A DNA stretch of 64,000 nt. Source: Hyphomonadaceae bacterium (GTDB lineage Bacteria > Pseudomonadota > Alphaproteobacteria > Caulobacterales > Aquidulcibacteraceae). The first letter of the stretch is position 1. Every line of letters begins with the position of its first letter. A program made the position numbers and the translations under genes. Below are positions 1 to 9,717 of this stretch, in pieces. The notes below the pieces were generated by a model that did no database searches, was not told where the DNA came from, and saw only the letters and a list, made by a program, of their open reading frames with translations. The stretch covers positions 44,236 to 108,235 of the forward strand of contig JALHQO010000003.1 of the NCBI GenBank assembly GCA_022841905.1, written 5' to 3'.

Positions 1-35
1 GCAAGAGTGATCTGGCTCAGGATCAAAGGTTACAC

Positions 36-707
36 ATGACGATCATCCTTCAAGGGGTTTTGGCGCCTGAAGACATTGCGCGTGTGCGCGGTGAACTTTC
101 GGAGATCGCGTTCATCGACGGTAAGCGCACTGCAGGCGCGGCCGCCCGCGGCGTGAAGCAGAATTTGCAAGCCGACGGTTCCGATCCAAAGGCGCACGCG
201 TTGGAGCGCTTCGTCGTTGATGCACTGCGCCGCCATCCGTTGTTCGAATTCGCGGCGCGCCCGGCGCGTCTCACGCGCTTGCTCTTCTCGCGCTACGAAC
301 CTGGCATGACTTATGGCGCACATACGGACGATGCGCTGATGGGGCCCGCTGATGACAAGCTCCGCACCGATCTTGCCTTCACGCTCTTTCTCGAAGATTC
401 GAGCAAATACGAGGGCGGCGCGCTCGTCATCGATAGCGCGCTGGGCGAGCAGGAGATCAAGTTGGAAGCGGGCGACGCGATCGTTTATCCCGCCGGCTCG
501 ATCCATTACGTCGCGCCAGTGACGAGCGGCGCGCGTTTGGCTGCGGTGGGCTGGATCGAAAGCTTCGTGCCGGAAGCAGGGAAGCGCGAGATTCTGTTTG
601 ATCTATCAGTCACGCGCGATCGCCTGGCGGCGGCGGGCGTGGCGCGGGACGAGTTGTTGCGACTTGATAAGAGTATTTCGAATTTGCTGCGCATGTGGGC
701 GCGGTGA
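36..707 (+). CDS. Fe(II)/2-oxoglutarate-dependent PKHD-type hydroxylase (YbiX/PiuC-like)
   Basis: 223-aa ORF. Candidate HxD...H iron ligands (YGAHTDDAL ... GSIHYVAPV). Length and layout typical of PKHD hydroxylases. Confidence 0.75.
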   Translation: MTIILQGVLAPEDIARVRGELSEIAFIDGKRTAGAAARGVKQNLQADGSDPKAHALERFVVDALRRHPLFEFAARPARLTRLLFSRYEPGMTYGAHTDDALMGPADDKLRTDLAFTLFLEDSSKYEGGALVIDSALGEQEIKLEAGDAIVYPAGSIHYVAPVTSGARLAAVGWIESFVPEAGKREILFDLSVTRDRLAAAGVARDELLRLDKSISNLLRMWAR

Positions 708-710
708 GGT

Positions 711-1253
711 TCAGCGGAACGGCTGCACGTCGTCTCTGAACACGCGGTCTTCCAGCAAATCGCTGCCGCCGATCGCGCTGCGCTTAAGCGCGACCCAGGC
801 AAACACGATGCCGGACACGAGCGACACCGGCAGACCGATGACCAGCGCCAGCGGGATCATGGCGAGCGACATGGCAAAGGTGAAGCTCTCGCCAGCGCCT
901 TCGCGTTCGTAGTCGGCGACCAGCGCCAACAGTTCGATCAACACGAAGGGTGCGGCGATCGCTATGAGCGCGCCCGCGATCACCACGTGCAGCACCACGA
1001 TGCGGCGCGCGCGCGGCGCTTGCCCGGTCGCCCAACTGACGCCGAGCGAAATCAGCGCCAGCGCAAACACCGCCGCACCCGCCACCAAAGCCAAACGCTG
1101 TGGGTTGGGGTCGTTGTAAAAGAGCGCCGCCGGCCAGCCGATCGCCAGCGCAAGTGCTGCCGGCGTCCACAGCAAAGTGGGCTTGCGCCAGCTGAGCGGC
1201 GCGATGCGTTGTGGGACCGGGGCGATCATCGGGCGCATCCTAAGCGGCGCCAT
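711..1253 (-). CDS. hypothetical multi-pass membrane protein
   Basis: The C-terminal ~180 aa of the 266-aa ORF contain about 4 hydrophobic helices. The N-terminal 86 aa are Arg/Pro-rich and look non-coding. Start placed at internal Met (MAPLRMRPMIAPV); start uncertain. Confidence 0.45.
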   Translation of the reverse strand: MAPLRMRPMIAPVPQRIAPLSWRKPTLLWTPAALALAIGWPAALFYNDPNPQRLALVAGAAVFALALISLGVSWATGQAPRARRIVVLHVVIAGALIAIAAPFVLIELLALVADYEREGAGESFTFAMSLAMIPLALVIGLPVSLVSGIVFAWVALKRSAIGGSDLLEDRVFRDDVQPFR

Positions 1254-1327
1254 CGCGGCGTCACTGAGGCGCAACCGGCAGGGCGTGCGCTTTCCCCAGG
1301 CGCGCAAGCATGGTTGAAGCTTTAGGC

Positions 1328-1930
1328 ATGGACGCCCGCCAATACGCGCCGGCCACGGTCCGTAACCGCGAGCCAATTCTTGCCGTTTTGCAACGCGTGC
1401 TGCCGCGCGCGGGGCGGGTGCTGGAGCTTGCGTCGGGGAGCGGGGAACACGCCGTGTTCTTCGCGGCCGCGATGCCGGAGCTGCACTGGCAGCCAAGCGA
1501 TCCCGATCCAACCGCCCGCGCCAGTATCGCGGCGTGGATCGTGGCCGAAGCCGCGAAGAATGTGTTGGCGCCGCTCGATATCGATGTATGCGCGGAGGAT
1601 TGGGGCGCGGGCGGACCTTACGACGCCGTGCTCGCAGTCAACATGATTCACATCTCGCCATGGGAGGCGACGCTTTGTTTGACGGCGGGCGCCGCCACCG
1701 TGCTGCGGCCCGGCGGGTGGCTGGTCACCTACGGGCCCTACAAGCGCGATGGCGCGCACACGGCGCCGTCCAACGAGCAGTTCGAAGAATGGCTGCACGC
1801 GCGCGATTCGCGTTACGGCGTGCGCGATATCGCCGATGTCGAAGCAGCGGCCTTCGCGCAAGGCCTAGCGCTGCGCGAGATCGTGGAGATGCCCGCGAAT
1901 AATTTCATGCTGGTGTTTCAACGACACTGA
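1328..1930 (+). CDS. DUF938-family SAM-dependent methyltransferase
   Basis: N-terminus MDARQYAPATVRNREPIL and glycine motif LELASGSGEH are typical of DUF938 class I methyltransferases. Alternative ATG at 1310. Confidence 0.7.
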   Translation: MDARQYAPATVRNREPILAVLQRVLPRAGRVLELASGSGEHAVFFAAAMPELHWQPSDPDPTARASIAAWIVAEAAKNVLAPLDIDVCAEDWGAGGPYDAVLAVNMIHISPWEATLCLTAGAATVLRPGGWLVTYGPYKRDGAHTAPSNEQFEEWLHARDSRYGVRDIADVEAAAFAQGLALREIVEMPANNFMLVFQRH

Positions 1931-2182
1931 TCGGCGCCACGCGCCGCTGAAATCTCGTCCATGTCACCAAGATTTAAGCTGCGCGCCACATTCGCGTGGC
2001 GCTTCGCCCCTATCTCCAGCGCGCGGACACCTCCTCGTCCGCGCAACTGATGAGACACACATGCGTACTGCACTCACCGTGCTCGAGTTCACGATCGGAA
2101 GCGCACTTCTGATCGGCCTCATCGCCTACGCAATGCAAGGCATGGGCGCGATCGCCGGGCTGATTTTGTGATGTGATGCGTG

Positions 2183-2216
2183 AAAAGGGGCGCGCAGCAG
2201 AACCGCCGCGCGCCCC
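2183..2216 (-). terminator. rho-independent terminator downstream of hbd
   Basis: 9-bp GC stem GGGGCGCGC (2187-2195) / GCGCGCCCC (2208-2216) with a 12-nt loop, followed on the minus strand by TTTT (plus-strand aaaa 2183-2186). Lies 31 nt after the hbd stop. Confidence 0.6.
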
Positions 2217-2246
2217 GAAAGTCTCAGTGCAGAAAAAGCCCGCGGC

Positions 2247-3134
2247 TCAGCGCGTCGGCGTGGGGGGATCGGTTCGGTAGTCGTAGAAGCCGCGTTCGGT
2301 CTTGCGGCCGAGCCAGCCGGCTTCGACGTATTTCACGAGCAGCGGACAGGGACGATACTTGGAATCCGCGAGGCCCTCATAAAGCACCTGCATGATCGAG
2401 AGGCATGTGTCCAAGCCGATGAAATCGGCAAGCTCCAGCGGCCCCATTGGATGGTTGGCGCCGAGCTTCATCGCCTTGTCGATGGCTTCGACCGAGCCGA
2501 CGCCTTCGTACAACGTATAGACCGCCTCGTTGATCATCGGCACCAGCACGCGGTTGACGATGAAAGCGGGGAAGTCTTCGGCGTTGGCGATGGTTTTGCC
2601 CAGACTGTCCACGAACGCGATCGAGGTGTCGTAGGTCTCTTGGCTGGTGGCGAGGCCGCGGATCAACTCCACCAGCTTCATCACCGGCGCCGGGTTCATG
2701 AAGTGAATGCCGATGAACTTGTCCGGCCGATCGGTGGTCGCCGCCAAGCGGGTGATCGAGATCGAAGAGGTGTTTGACGCCAGGATCGCCGTTGGCTTCA
2801 GCGTCGAGCGCAAATCGGCGAATACTTTCTTCTTCGCGTCGTCCTGCTCGACGATGGATTCGATCACCAGATCGCATGGCGCGAGATCGCCCGTCTTCGC
2901 CGCTTTGATCCGCGCGAAGGCGCTGTCCATGTCTGATTGCTTGATCAGTTCGCGGGCGACTTGCCGCGTCATGTTCTTCTTGATCGTCTGAATCGCCGCA
3001 TCGATCCGGGCAGCGTCGGCGTCGTTCAGGAGCACGTCGTAGCCGGCCAGCGCGCATACATGCGCGATGCCATTGCCCATTTGTCCGGCGCCGATGACGC
3101 CGACAGTCTTAATAGTGGTCATCTTGACGGCCAT
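2247..3134 (-). CDS. hbd: 3-hydroxybutyryl-CoA dehydrogenase (NAD-binding 3-hydroxyacyl-CoA dehydrogenase family)
   Basis: 295 aa. Rossmann motif VGVIGAGQMGNGIA. Full-length resemblance to Hbd. Sits directly downstream of etfBA, a common synteny. Confidence 0.9.
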   Translation of the reverse strand: MAVKMTTIKTVGVIGAGQMGNGIAHVCALAGYDVLLNDADAARIDAAIQTIKKNMTRQVARELIKQSDMDSAFARIKAAKTGDLAPCDLVIESIVEQDDAKKKVFADLRSTLKPTAILASNTSSISITRLAATTDRPDKFIGIHFMNPAPVMKLVELIRGLATSQETYDTSIAFVDSLGKTIANAEDFPAFIVNRVLVPMINEAVYTLYEGVGSVEAIDKAMKLGANHPMGPLELADFIGLDTCLSIMQVLYEGLADSKYRPCPLLVKYVEAGWLGRKTERGFYDYRTDPPTPTR

Positions 3135-3210
3135 AGGCGCTTACGCGCCGCTGAATTGCAAATCTTGTTGCAGTGCAGCATAGCCCGGCGGGTGGCGCAA
3201 GGGACTTCGG

Positions 3211-4155
3211 TCAGACGCCAGCCTTGGTCAATTCGTCCATCAGCTCCGGTACGGCGGTCTTGTAGTCCGCCACTAGGCCATAATCGGCGATCTGGAAGAT
3301 CGGGGCTTCCTCGTCCTTGTTGATGGCGACGATGACCTTGCTGTCCTTCATGCCGGCCAAGTGCTGGATAGCGCCCGAAATGCCGACGGCGACGTAGAGT
3401 TCCGGCGCGACCACCTTGCCGGTTTGGCCCACTTGGTAGTCGTTCGGCGCGTAGCCCGCATCCACCGCTGCGCGTGAGGCGCCGACAGCGGCGCCGAGCT
3501 TATCGGCCAAAGGATCGAGCACGCGGTGGAATTCCTCGCTGGAGCCGAGCGCGCGGCCGCCCGAGACGACGCGCTTGGCGGCCGTAAGCTCCGGGCGGTC
3601 GGACTTCGCCATTTCTTCCGAGACGAAGGCTGACTTGAACGGTCCCGCCGGCGCCGCCGTCGTTTCCACCGAAGCGCTGCCGCCTTCGCCGGCGGCTTTG
3701 AACGCCGTCGGCTGCACCGTCAGCACTTTCTTGGCTTGGTTGTCCTCGACCGTGATGATCGCGTTGCCGGCATAGATCGGGCGCACGAAGGTGGTCGCGC
3801 TCTCAACGCCGATGACGCCGGAGAGCTGCATCACGTCGAGCTTTGCAGCCACGCGTGGCGCTGCGTTTTTGCCCGTTGTCGATGCCGGGAAAAGCACCGC
3901 GTCGTAGCCGCTCATCAACGGCACGATCAGCGCTTCCAGCGGTTCGGCCATTTGCTTGGCGAGCGTCGCGCCGTCAGCGTGCAGCACTTTGCGCACGCCT
4001 TCGATCTTCGCAGCAGCCGCAGCAGCAGCGCCGGCATTTTGGCCGGCGACCAGCACGTCCACGTCGCCGCCCATCGCTTTCGCGGCGGTGACAACCTTGT
4101 GCGTCGCGTCCTTCACGTTGGTATTGTCGTGCTCGGCAACAACCAGAATAGCCAT
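3211..4155 (-). CDS. etfA: electron transfer flavoprotein subunit alpha
   Basis: 314 aa. N-terminus [12 protein letters not shown]-terminal FAD-binding region [37 protein letters not shown] is the classic EtfA signature. Confidence 0.95.
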   Translation of the reverse strand: MAILVVAEHDNTNVKDATHKVVTAAKAMGGDVDVLVAGQNAGAAAAAAAKIEGVRKVLHADGATLAKQMAEPLEALIVPLMSGYDAVLFPASTTGKNAAPRVAAKLDVMQLSGVIGVESATTFVRPIYAGNAIITVEDNQAKKVLTVQPTAFKAAGEGGSASVETTAAPAGPFKSAFVSEEMAKSDRPELTAAKRVVSGGRALGSSEEFHRVLDPLADKLGAAVGASRAAVDAGYAPNDYQVGQTGKVVAPELYVAVGISGAIQHLAGMKDSKVIVAINKDEEAPIFQIADYGLVADYKTAVPELMDELTKAGV

Positions 4156-4919
4156 TAGAGCACTCCCGCTTCTTTGAGCTTGCCGACCAGTTCAGCGGCG
4201 GACTTCACCTTGATGCCGCCCGAGCGCTTGCCCGGTTCAGCTGTCTTCAAGACCTTGATGCGCGGCGCGGTATCGACGCCGAAATCGGCCGGCGTTTTCA
4301 CGTCGATCGGCTTTTTCTTCGCTTTCATGATGTTCGGCAGCGAGGCGTAGCGCGGTTCGTTCAAGCGCAGATCGGTCGTGACGATCGCTGGCAGTTCGAC
4401 GTCGAGCGTTTGCAGGCCGCCATCAACTTCGCGCGTCACTGTCGCTTTGCCGGCGTGCAGCACGATCTTCGACGCGAACGTTGCCTGTGGCCAGTCGAGC
4501 AACGCGGCCAGCATCTGGCCGACTTGGTTCGAGTCATCGTCGATGGCTTGCTTGCCGAGGATGACGAGATCCGGCTTCTCGGCCTCGATCACCGCTTTCA
4601 AGATTTTCGCCACTGCTAACGGTTCAACTTCGCCGTCAGCCTTCACCAGGATGCCGCGATCAGCGCCGATCGCGAGGGCGTTGCGGATCGTTTCTTGGGC
4701 TTGCTCTGGCCCGATCGAGGCGGCGATCACTTCGGTCGCGGCATCCTTGGCGTGGCCGCCGCCGCCTTCCTTCATGCGTACGGCCTCTTCGACCGCGATT
4801 TCGCAGAACGGGTTGATCGACATTTTGAGATTGGAGAGGTCGACGCCCGACCCGTCCGGCTTGACCCGGACCTTCAAATTGTAATCAAGCACCCGCTTGA
4901 CCGGGACGAGGACCTTCAT
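4155..4919 (-). CDS. etfB: electron transfer flavoprotein subunit beta
   Basis: Start taken at [19 protein letters not shown] (canonical EtfB N-terminus), giving 254 aa. Its stop overlaps the etfA start by 1 nt. The upstream 35 codons of the listed ORF are judged non-coding. Confidence 0.9.
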   Translation of the reverse strand: MKVLVPVKRVLDYNLKVRVKPDGSGVDLSNLKMSINPFCEIAVEEAVRMKEGGGGHAKDAATEVIAASIGPEQAQETIRNALAIGADRGILVKADGEVEPLAVAKILKAVIEAEKPDLVILGKQAIDDDSNQVGQMLAALLDWPQATFASKIVLHAGKATVTREVDGGLQTLDVELPAIVTTDLRLNEPRYASLPNIMKAKKKPIDVKTPADFGVDTAPRIKVLKTAEPGKRSGGIKVKSAAELVGKLKEAGVL

Positions 4920-5075
4920 CGTTGAATCCTTGAGACATTCTGGAGCGTGCCGCCGCTGCTGCACGCGAGCGCCTAGTAACGGCGTAAGATTTGTCTCGTC
5001 AATGCGACTATCGGGACATCGCATCCAATCAACGTCGCGGCAGCATCAAGCGGTGACGGGTCTCGGAGGAACCAG

Positions 5076-6503
5076 ATGATCATTTCACGCCGCCCCTTGT
5101 TGCTGGGCGCCGCTGCGGCAGGTTTTGCCGCCACGAACGCGTTTGCCCAGTCCGCCGCCGATTTCATGGGCGAGTGGCATGGCGTCTTGGACCTCGGCGC
5201 GCAGCAATTGCGCCTGCGCCTGGTCGTGGCCGACGGCCCGACCGCGACGCTCTTCAGCGTCGATCAAGGCAATAGCGCCATCCCCATCGGCGCCACACGC
5301 ATCGAGGGCGATCAGCTCTCACTCGATATTCCAGTCATCCGCGCCAGCTTTCGAGGGCGGCTTGCGGGCGGACGCATCGAAGGCACGTTCACGCAAGGCG
5401 GAACGCTGCCGCTCGTCTTCCAGCGTGGCGAAGCAGTCGCCACCGGTCCTGAAGCGTTAACGCAAGCGCGGCTCGCGGAATTGCGCGCACGCGCCGGCGC
5501 GCCGGGCATGGGCGCGGCTGCCTCTAACCGTGATGGACGCGCCGTGGCATTTGCCGATGGCGTACGCGCGCTCGGCCAGCCGCAGGCGGTCACCGCTGGC
5601 GATAAGTGGCACTTGGGTTCGATCACTAAATCGATGACGGCGACGCTGGTCGCGCGCGCGGCCGAAGCAGGCGCAATCTCATGGACTGATACTGTGGGCG
5701 CTGTGCTTGGCGCCGCCATTCCAGAGATGCGCGCCGAGTACCGCGATCTGACCTTCCGCCATTTGCTCAGCCATCGCGGCGGGCTCCAGGCCAATATCGA
5801 AATGGTGCAGCTGATGGCGTTCCCGCGCGAGAGCGCTGACTCACGCGTCGACCGCATCGCCTATGCGCGCATGGGGTTGTTGCAAAACCCGGTCGGCCCG
5901 AAGGAGCAGACCTTCACTTATTCAAACACTGGCTACGTCATCGCCGGCGCGATGCTCGAAGCGAAGATGGGCGCGCCGTGGGAAACGCTGATCCAACAGC
6001 ATGTTTTCACGCCGCTCGGCATGAGCTCCGCCGGCCAAGGCGCGCCAGGCTCGGCGGGCGCTTATGATCAGCCGGTCGGCCACGCGCCTGGGCCGACGAC
6101 TGTCGCCGCCGACGGCTCTGTCAGCGTGCCGATGATCCCGCATCCGCCAGGTCACCCGATCACCGACAATCCGGCAGCGCTCGGCCCCGCCGGCCGCGTG
6201 CACGCGTCGTTCGAAGACGTGTTCAAATATCTCGTCGCGCACCGCGACCGCACGCCGTTCCTCAACGCGCAAAGCTGGCAGACACTGCATACGCCGCCTT
6301 ATGGCGGGCCCTATGCGATGGGCTGGCAAGCCGAAGGCGATCGCCTCTGGCACAACGGTTCGAACACGCTCTTCTACGCTGAAGTGATGGTCGATCGCGG
6401 TCGCGGCATCGTCGCGGCGGCAGCGGTCAACGATGGCCGCGCGCCAGACATGCGCCCGCATGTTGGAGTAGCGCTGCTGGGCGCGGCGCAGGCCGTGGCG
6501 TAA
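5076..6503 (+). CDS. exported serine hydrolase (beta-lactamase / class-C PBP-like family)
   Basis: 475 aa. Tat/Sec-like signal MIISRRPLLLGAAAAGFAATNAFA. SxxK active-site motif in HLGSITKSMTA. YxN-like motif YSNTGY. Confidence 0.75.
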   Translation: MIISRRPLLLGAAAAGFAATNAFAQSAADFMGEWHGVLDLGAQQLRLRLVVADGPTATLFSVDQGNSAIPIGATRIEGDQLSLDIPVIRASFRGRLAGGRIEGTFTQGGTLPLVFQRGEAVATGPEALTQARLAELRARAGAPGMGAAASNRDGRAVAFADGVRALGQPQAVTAGDKWHLGSITKSMTATLVARAAEAGAISWTDTVGAVLGAAIPEMRAEYRDLTFRHLLSHRGGLQANIEMVQLMAFPRESADSRVDRIAYARMGLLQNPVGPKEQTFTYSNTGYVIAGAMLEAKMGAPWETLIQQHVFTPLGMSSAGQGAPGSAGAYDQPVGHAPGPTTVAADGSVSVPMIPHPPGHPITDNPAALGPAGRVHASFEDVFKYLVAHRDRTPFLNAQSWQTLHTPPYGGPYAMGWQAEGDRLWHNGSNTLFYAEVMVDRGRGIVAAAAVNDGRAPDMRPHVGVALLGAAQAVA

Positions 6504-6504
6504 T

Positions 6505-6960
6505 TCAGCGGCTCAACACGCGCGGCCAATTCGCGTTCGCTTCGCGGATGTGGCTAGGGATGTTTTGCTCCCAGCGGCGCTGAATCTCGTCGTTGTAGTT
6601 CAAATAGAGCTTGCCATCGACGATGCGCCAATTGGTTGGATCGGCAGAAGCTGTGTAGCCCTGGCTCACCGCCCATGCGCAATAGCCGCCATATTGCGGC
6701 AGGTAGCGCGCCGGATTGGCGCGGAACGCGGCGAGGTGTTCGGCTGAGGCGAAGCGATATTCATAGCCTTGGTGCGTCGTGCGAAATTGCGTCGTGCCGC
6801 GCACCGGCCGGCCATCGGTGAAATACGCCACCGGATCGTAGCCGCTAACAGCGACGCGCGAGAGGAGGCCGGTGTAGACCGGCTGCTCATCGGCGTGCGC
6901 CGGTGCGCTGAACAGGAATGCGCCGAGCGCGAAGGCGAGGGCGGTGAGAAGTTTGCGCAT
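6505..6960 (-). CDS. YHS-domain protein (Cys form of the YHS (seleno)protein family), exported
   Basis: 151 aa with signal peptide MRKLLTALAFALGAFLFSAPAHA. Motifs GYDPVAYF and YGGYCAWAV are typical of this family. Lies 11 nt downstream of the DoxX gene. Confidence 0.7.
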   Translation of the reverse strand: MRKLLTALAFALGAFLFSAPAHADEQPVYTGLLSRVAVSGYDPVAYFTDGRPVRGTTQFRTTHQGYEYRFASAEHLAAFRANPARYLPQYGGYCAWAVSQGYTASADPTNWRIVDGKLYLNYNDEIQRRWEQNIPSHIREANANWPRVLSR

Positions 6961-6971
6961 GGGTGTTGCCC

Positions 6972-7493
6972 TTAGGCGTGGGCGGCGACGCGCTTCGGCG
7001 TTGCGTTGTGTTGCGAGGAGGGGACGAAGGCGCGACCAAGATCGCGCGCCAGGCCGATGAGATCGTTGCGGCGAATGACGAAGAGCACGAGCGACGTAGC
7101 CCAGATCGTCACCGCCGCCGCGAACAGGCCGCCGCCGTCACTGTTAGGATCGATGCCGAGCGGCGTGAACAAATGAAAGCTCACCGCCCCGGTCATCACC
7201 GCAAAACCGATCAGCGCGCCGAGCGCATTGAGCCGCGTCAGGCCTGGGAGCAGGCCGACGATGAGCAGCGTTGACGCTGCGAGTTCGGCGGAGCCGATAA
7301 CGTATTGGCTGAACAGGCCAGTGTGACCGAACAGCCCAGCGGCGCCGAACGATGACGCCCAGCCGTCGAGCCGGCCGAAGATTTCCTGCGTATTGGGGTG
7401 GTCGGTGAATTTGTAGCGCAGCGAATCCAGAAATACCGCCGCCGCGAATAGCGAAATGCCGATCGGCGCGTAGCGTTTGATACGGGTAAACAT
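6972..7493 (-). CDS. DoxX-family membrane protein
   Basis: 173 aa with 4 predicted TM helices and DoxX-like composition. Likely an operon with the YHS gene. Confidence 0.6.
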   Translation of the reverse strand: MFTRIKRYAPIGISLFAAAVFLDSLRYKFTDHPNTQEIFGRLDGWASSFGAAGLFGHTGLFSQYVIGSAELAASTLLIVGLLPGLTRLNALGALIGFAVMTGAVSFHLFTPLGIDPNSDGGGLFAAAVTIWATSLVLFVIRRNDLIGLARDLGRAFVPSSQHNATPKRVAAHA

Positions 7494-7626
7494 GTTCGCC
7501 CCTCGGAACGCCGGCCCCCGGCCGGTGAGATGTCGATGGGAGGAAAATAGTGCGAGGGCGGGGCGCGGTTACATGAGCGCGCCCAATTTCGCGACGCGCG
7601 GCTTTTGGGACGCTAGACAAGCTCCC

Positions 7627-8091
7627 ATGAGCTTCCCGGTGAATCCCGAAAAAATCTTGCGCCTGTTCAGCCCGCTCTGGGCGTTGTTGGCTCTCTCGTT
7701 ATGGCTTCACTGGGAGAGTTGGCAGTCAATGCCGATCCTGCTCACCGTCAGCGCGTCTTTGCCGCTCGTCGCCGCTTTTGCTGCCGGCTTGATGCGCGAG
7801 CGCTGGCGTCTCGAACTCACGCCTGACGCGCTCATCCACCACACGCTCGGCCGCACCGAACGCTTCGCCTGGTCCCGCATGGGGCCGATCGAAATAAAGC
7901 CCGCGCCGCTGCCCGTTCTTCTATTCATCCGCACGCTGTGGTTCGCCTATCCGTTCGACGCGCCGCGCGGCGACGTGGAACGCGCATCGGCACTGCTCGG
8001 CCGCCGCATCCTCTGCGTTTTCGGCGATCTTGGCGCGAGCGAGATGGTCAAGCAGATCGAGGAATGGAGGGCGCTGAACGCGCGGGGGTAA
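7627..8091 (+). CDS. hypothetical membrane protein (2 N-terminal TM helices + soluble domain)
   Basis: Start chosen at ATG 7627 (MSFPVNPEKILRLF). Alternative starts at 7573 and 7477. No recognisable family. Confidence 0.45.
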   Translation: MSFPVNPEKILRLFSPLWALLALSLWLHWESWQSMPILLTVSASLPLVAAFAAGLMRERWRLELTPDALIHHTLGRTERFAWSRMGPIEIKPAPLPVLLFIRTLWFAYPFDAPRGDVERASALLGRRILCVFGDLGASEMVKQIEEWRALNARG

Positions 8092-8119
8092 AGGCGATGT
8101 CTGCTGCTCGCAGAGGTCA

Positions 8120-8443
8120 TTACCGATTGCGGGGCAGATCTCCGGCCCAATGTCCAAATGCGGTCAGCGCGACGCACATAACGAATAACAGCCGCACGCC
8201 CCACACTCGTACTTGCACCGCCGGATGAGAAGGAAGACACACCGGCAGGTTGAGGAAAATCGCGCCCAATAGCGGAAACCAGTTTCCGAGACCTGGATGG
8301 AAGCGCATCAGCGGCCTGCCAACGTCTGCCCACTCTTTCGGATGCTTCCGTTCCAGATGACTCATCAAGTTCGCGACCGCGAATAGGTAAAGGACAATGG
8401 CCCCACCAATGACCAAGTTGAATGGTGTCCAATCATCTGCCAT
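8120..8443 (-). CDS. hypothetical small membrane protein
   Basis: 107 aa with about 3 hydrophobic segments. Lies 54 nt downstream of nrsF on the same strand, so possibly co-transcribed. Confidence 0.4.
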   Translation of the reverse strand: MADDWTPFNLVIGGAIVLYLFAVANLMSHLERKHPKEWADVGRPLMRFHPGLGNWFPLLGAIFLNLPVCLPSHPAVQVRVWGVRLLFVMCVALTAFGHWAGDLPRNR

Positions 8444-8497
8444 CGGCTGACGCTAGTGCGCCCCCTCGAATGTCTCAATTGGGCCAACGACCTCAAG

Positions 8498-9133
8498 TCA
8501 CCAGCGCAGCACCCGCGCCCCCACCACCGCGCCAAGCGCGGCGCTCACCGCAATACCGAGCACGTACCAGGTGACCACGAATGCGACCGAGTCTGTCGGG
8601 CAATACATCGCGTAGGCCATAGCGCCGACGCCGCCTGAGAATGCACCGATTGCCGCGCCGAGCAGCGCCAATCGCGTCGGCGCGAAGGCGCGCATGAGCC
8701 AGAGCAGAAGGGCGGACGTCGGCGTGGCCAGAATGGGGATCAGCACGACGCACCACGGCACGGCGCCGCCCATCCATGCTTCCCAGCGCCGCTCCGGCAT
8801 CTCGCCCATCAGCGCAATAAAGACCGCGCCGGCGCAGATCGCGAGAAACGCGAGCACCGCCCCGATCCGCCACCCAAGCGGCCGTCCCGGCTGCATCAAC
8901 TGCACCGCGAGTGGCAACACCACGGCCGCCGCCAACGCCGCGAACATTGCTTTCATCATCACGGGCATGCGCGCCGCACCAATGTCGGGCCGCACGCCAA
9001 GGCCGATCGCCACCAGCAACGCCGCAACCAGCAACCCTGCGATCACGGTGATCGCGAGTTTGCCGCCCCAGCGCGGTTTCTCCGCCGGTCCCGCGCCGCG
9101 CGCCAGCACGTCGATGAGATGATCGGTCTTCAC
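8498..9133 (-). CDS. nrsF: NrsF-family (DUF1109) six-TM anti-sigma factor
   Basis: 211 aa. N-terminus MKTDHLIDVLARGAGP followed by about 6 TM helices. 4-nt overlap with the upstream ECF sigma gene. Confidence 0.8.
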   Translation of the reverse strand: MKTDHLIDVLARGAGPAEKPRWGGKLAITVIAGLLVAALLVAIGLGVRPDIGAARMPVMMKAMFAALAAAVVLPLAVQLMQPGRPLGWRIGAVLAFLAICAGAVFIALMGEMPERRWEAWMGGAVPWCVVLIPILATPTSALLLWLMRAFAPTRLALLGAAIGAFSGGVGAMAYAMYCPTDSVAFVVTWYVLGIAVSAALGAVVGARVLRW

Positions 9134-9672
9134 GTCGGCTGCTCCTGACCCATCAGCCGCATCAGCGTCTTCAGGCCGCGATGAATGGAAATCTTGATGT
9201 CGGACTCGGTGAAGCCGGTCTCTTCCGCCGCTTCGCGCACGCTTTTTTCGTCCAGCTTCACCAGCTGAATGGCGCGGCGCTGTTTTTCGGGGAGCCTGTT
9301 CAGCAGCGCCGTCACATCGCGGCGCGCGTCGCTGGCTTCATACTCAGGATCGGCGTCGCCTATTTCGAGGCCGTCGATCGGCGCCGTCACGCGATGCTTG
9401 GCGCGGCGCAGGAAATCGATCAGCCGGTAGCGCGCAATGGCGTACATCCACGCGGTTAGCGGATAGTTTGGATCGTAGCTGTCACGGCGCGTGTGCAGCG
9501 CCACCAGCGTTTCCTGCACGAGATCCTCCGCATCCTCGGGCGCTCCGCGCAACCGGTTGCGGAAGAACGCGCGCAGCAGCCCCGCCGCTTCCGTCAGAAA
9601 CGCACGGTGCGCGGCATCGTCGCCGGCGAGACCCTGCAAGAGCAGGCCCTTAAGATGGGCTTCGTCGGCCAT
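9130..9672 (-). CDS. sigF: ECF RNA polymerase sigma factor, SigF-like (ECF16-type)
   Basis: 180 aa with sigma-70 region 2 (DLVQETLVALH, YPLTAWMYAIARYRLIDFLR) and region 4 (EKQRRAIQLVKLDEKSVREAAEETG). Translationally coupled to the DUF1109 partner. Confidence 0.85.
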   Translation of the reverse strand: MADEAHLKGLLLQGLAGDDAAHRAFLTEAAGLLRAFFRNRLRGAPEDAEDLVQETLVALHTRRDSYDPNYPLTAWMYAIARYRLIDFLRRAKHRVTAPIDGLEIGDADPEYEASDARRDVTALLNRLPEKQRRAIQLVKLDEKSVREAAEETGFTESDIKISIHRGLKTLMRLMGQEQPT

Positions 9673-9691
9673 TCTCCCCTTAGATGTGGGT

Positions 9692-9717
9692 TACGTACGT
9701 GCGAGTCGCGCGGTTAC
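9692..9717 (-). promoter_or_regulatory. candidate autoregulated SigF-type promoter (GTAACC-N16-CGTA)
   Basis: The minus strand reads GTAACC gcgcgactcgcacgta CGTA, ending about 20 nt before the sigF ATG (SD aaggggaga). It resembles the GTAACC-N16-CGAA motif I recall for Caulobacter SigF. The -35 overlaps the parE stop codon. Confidence 0.4.
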
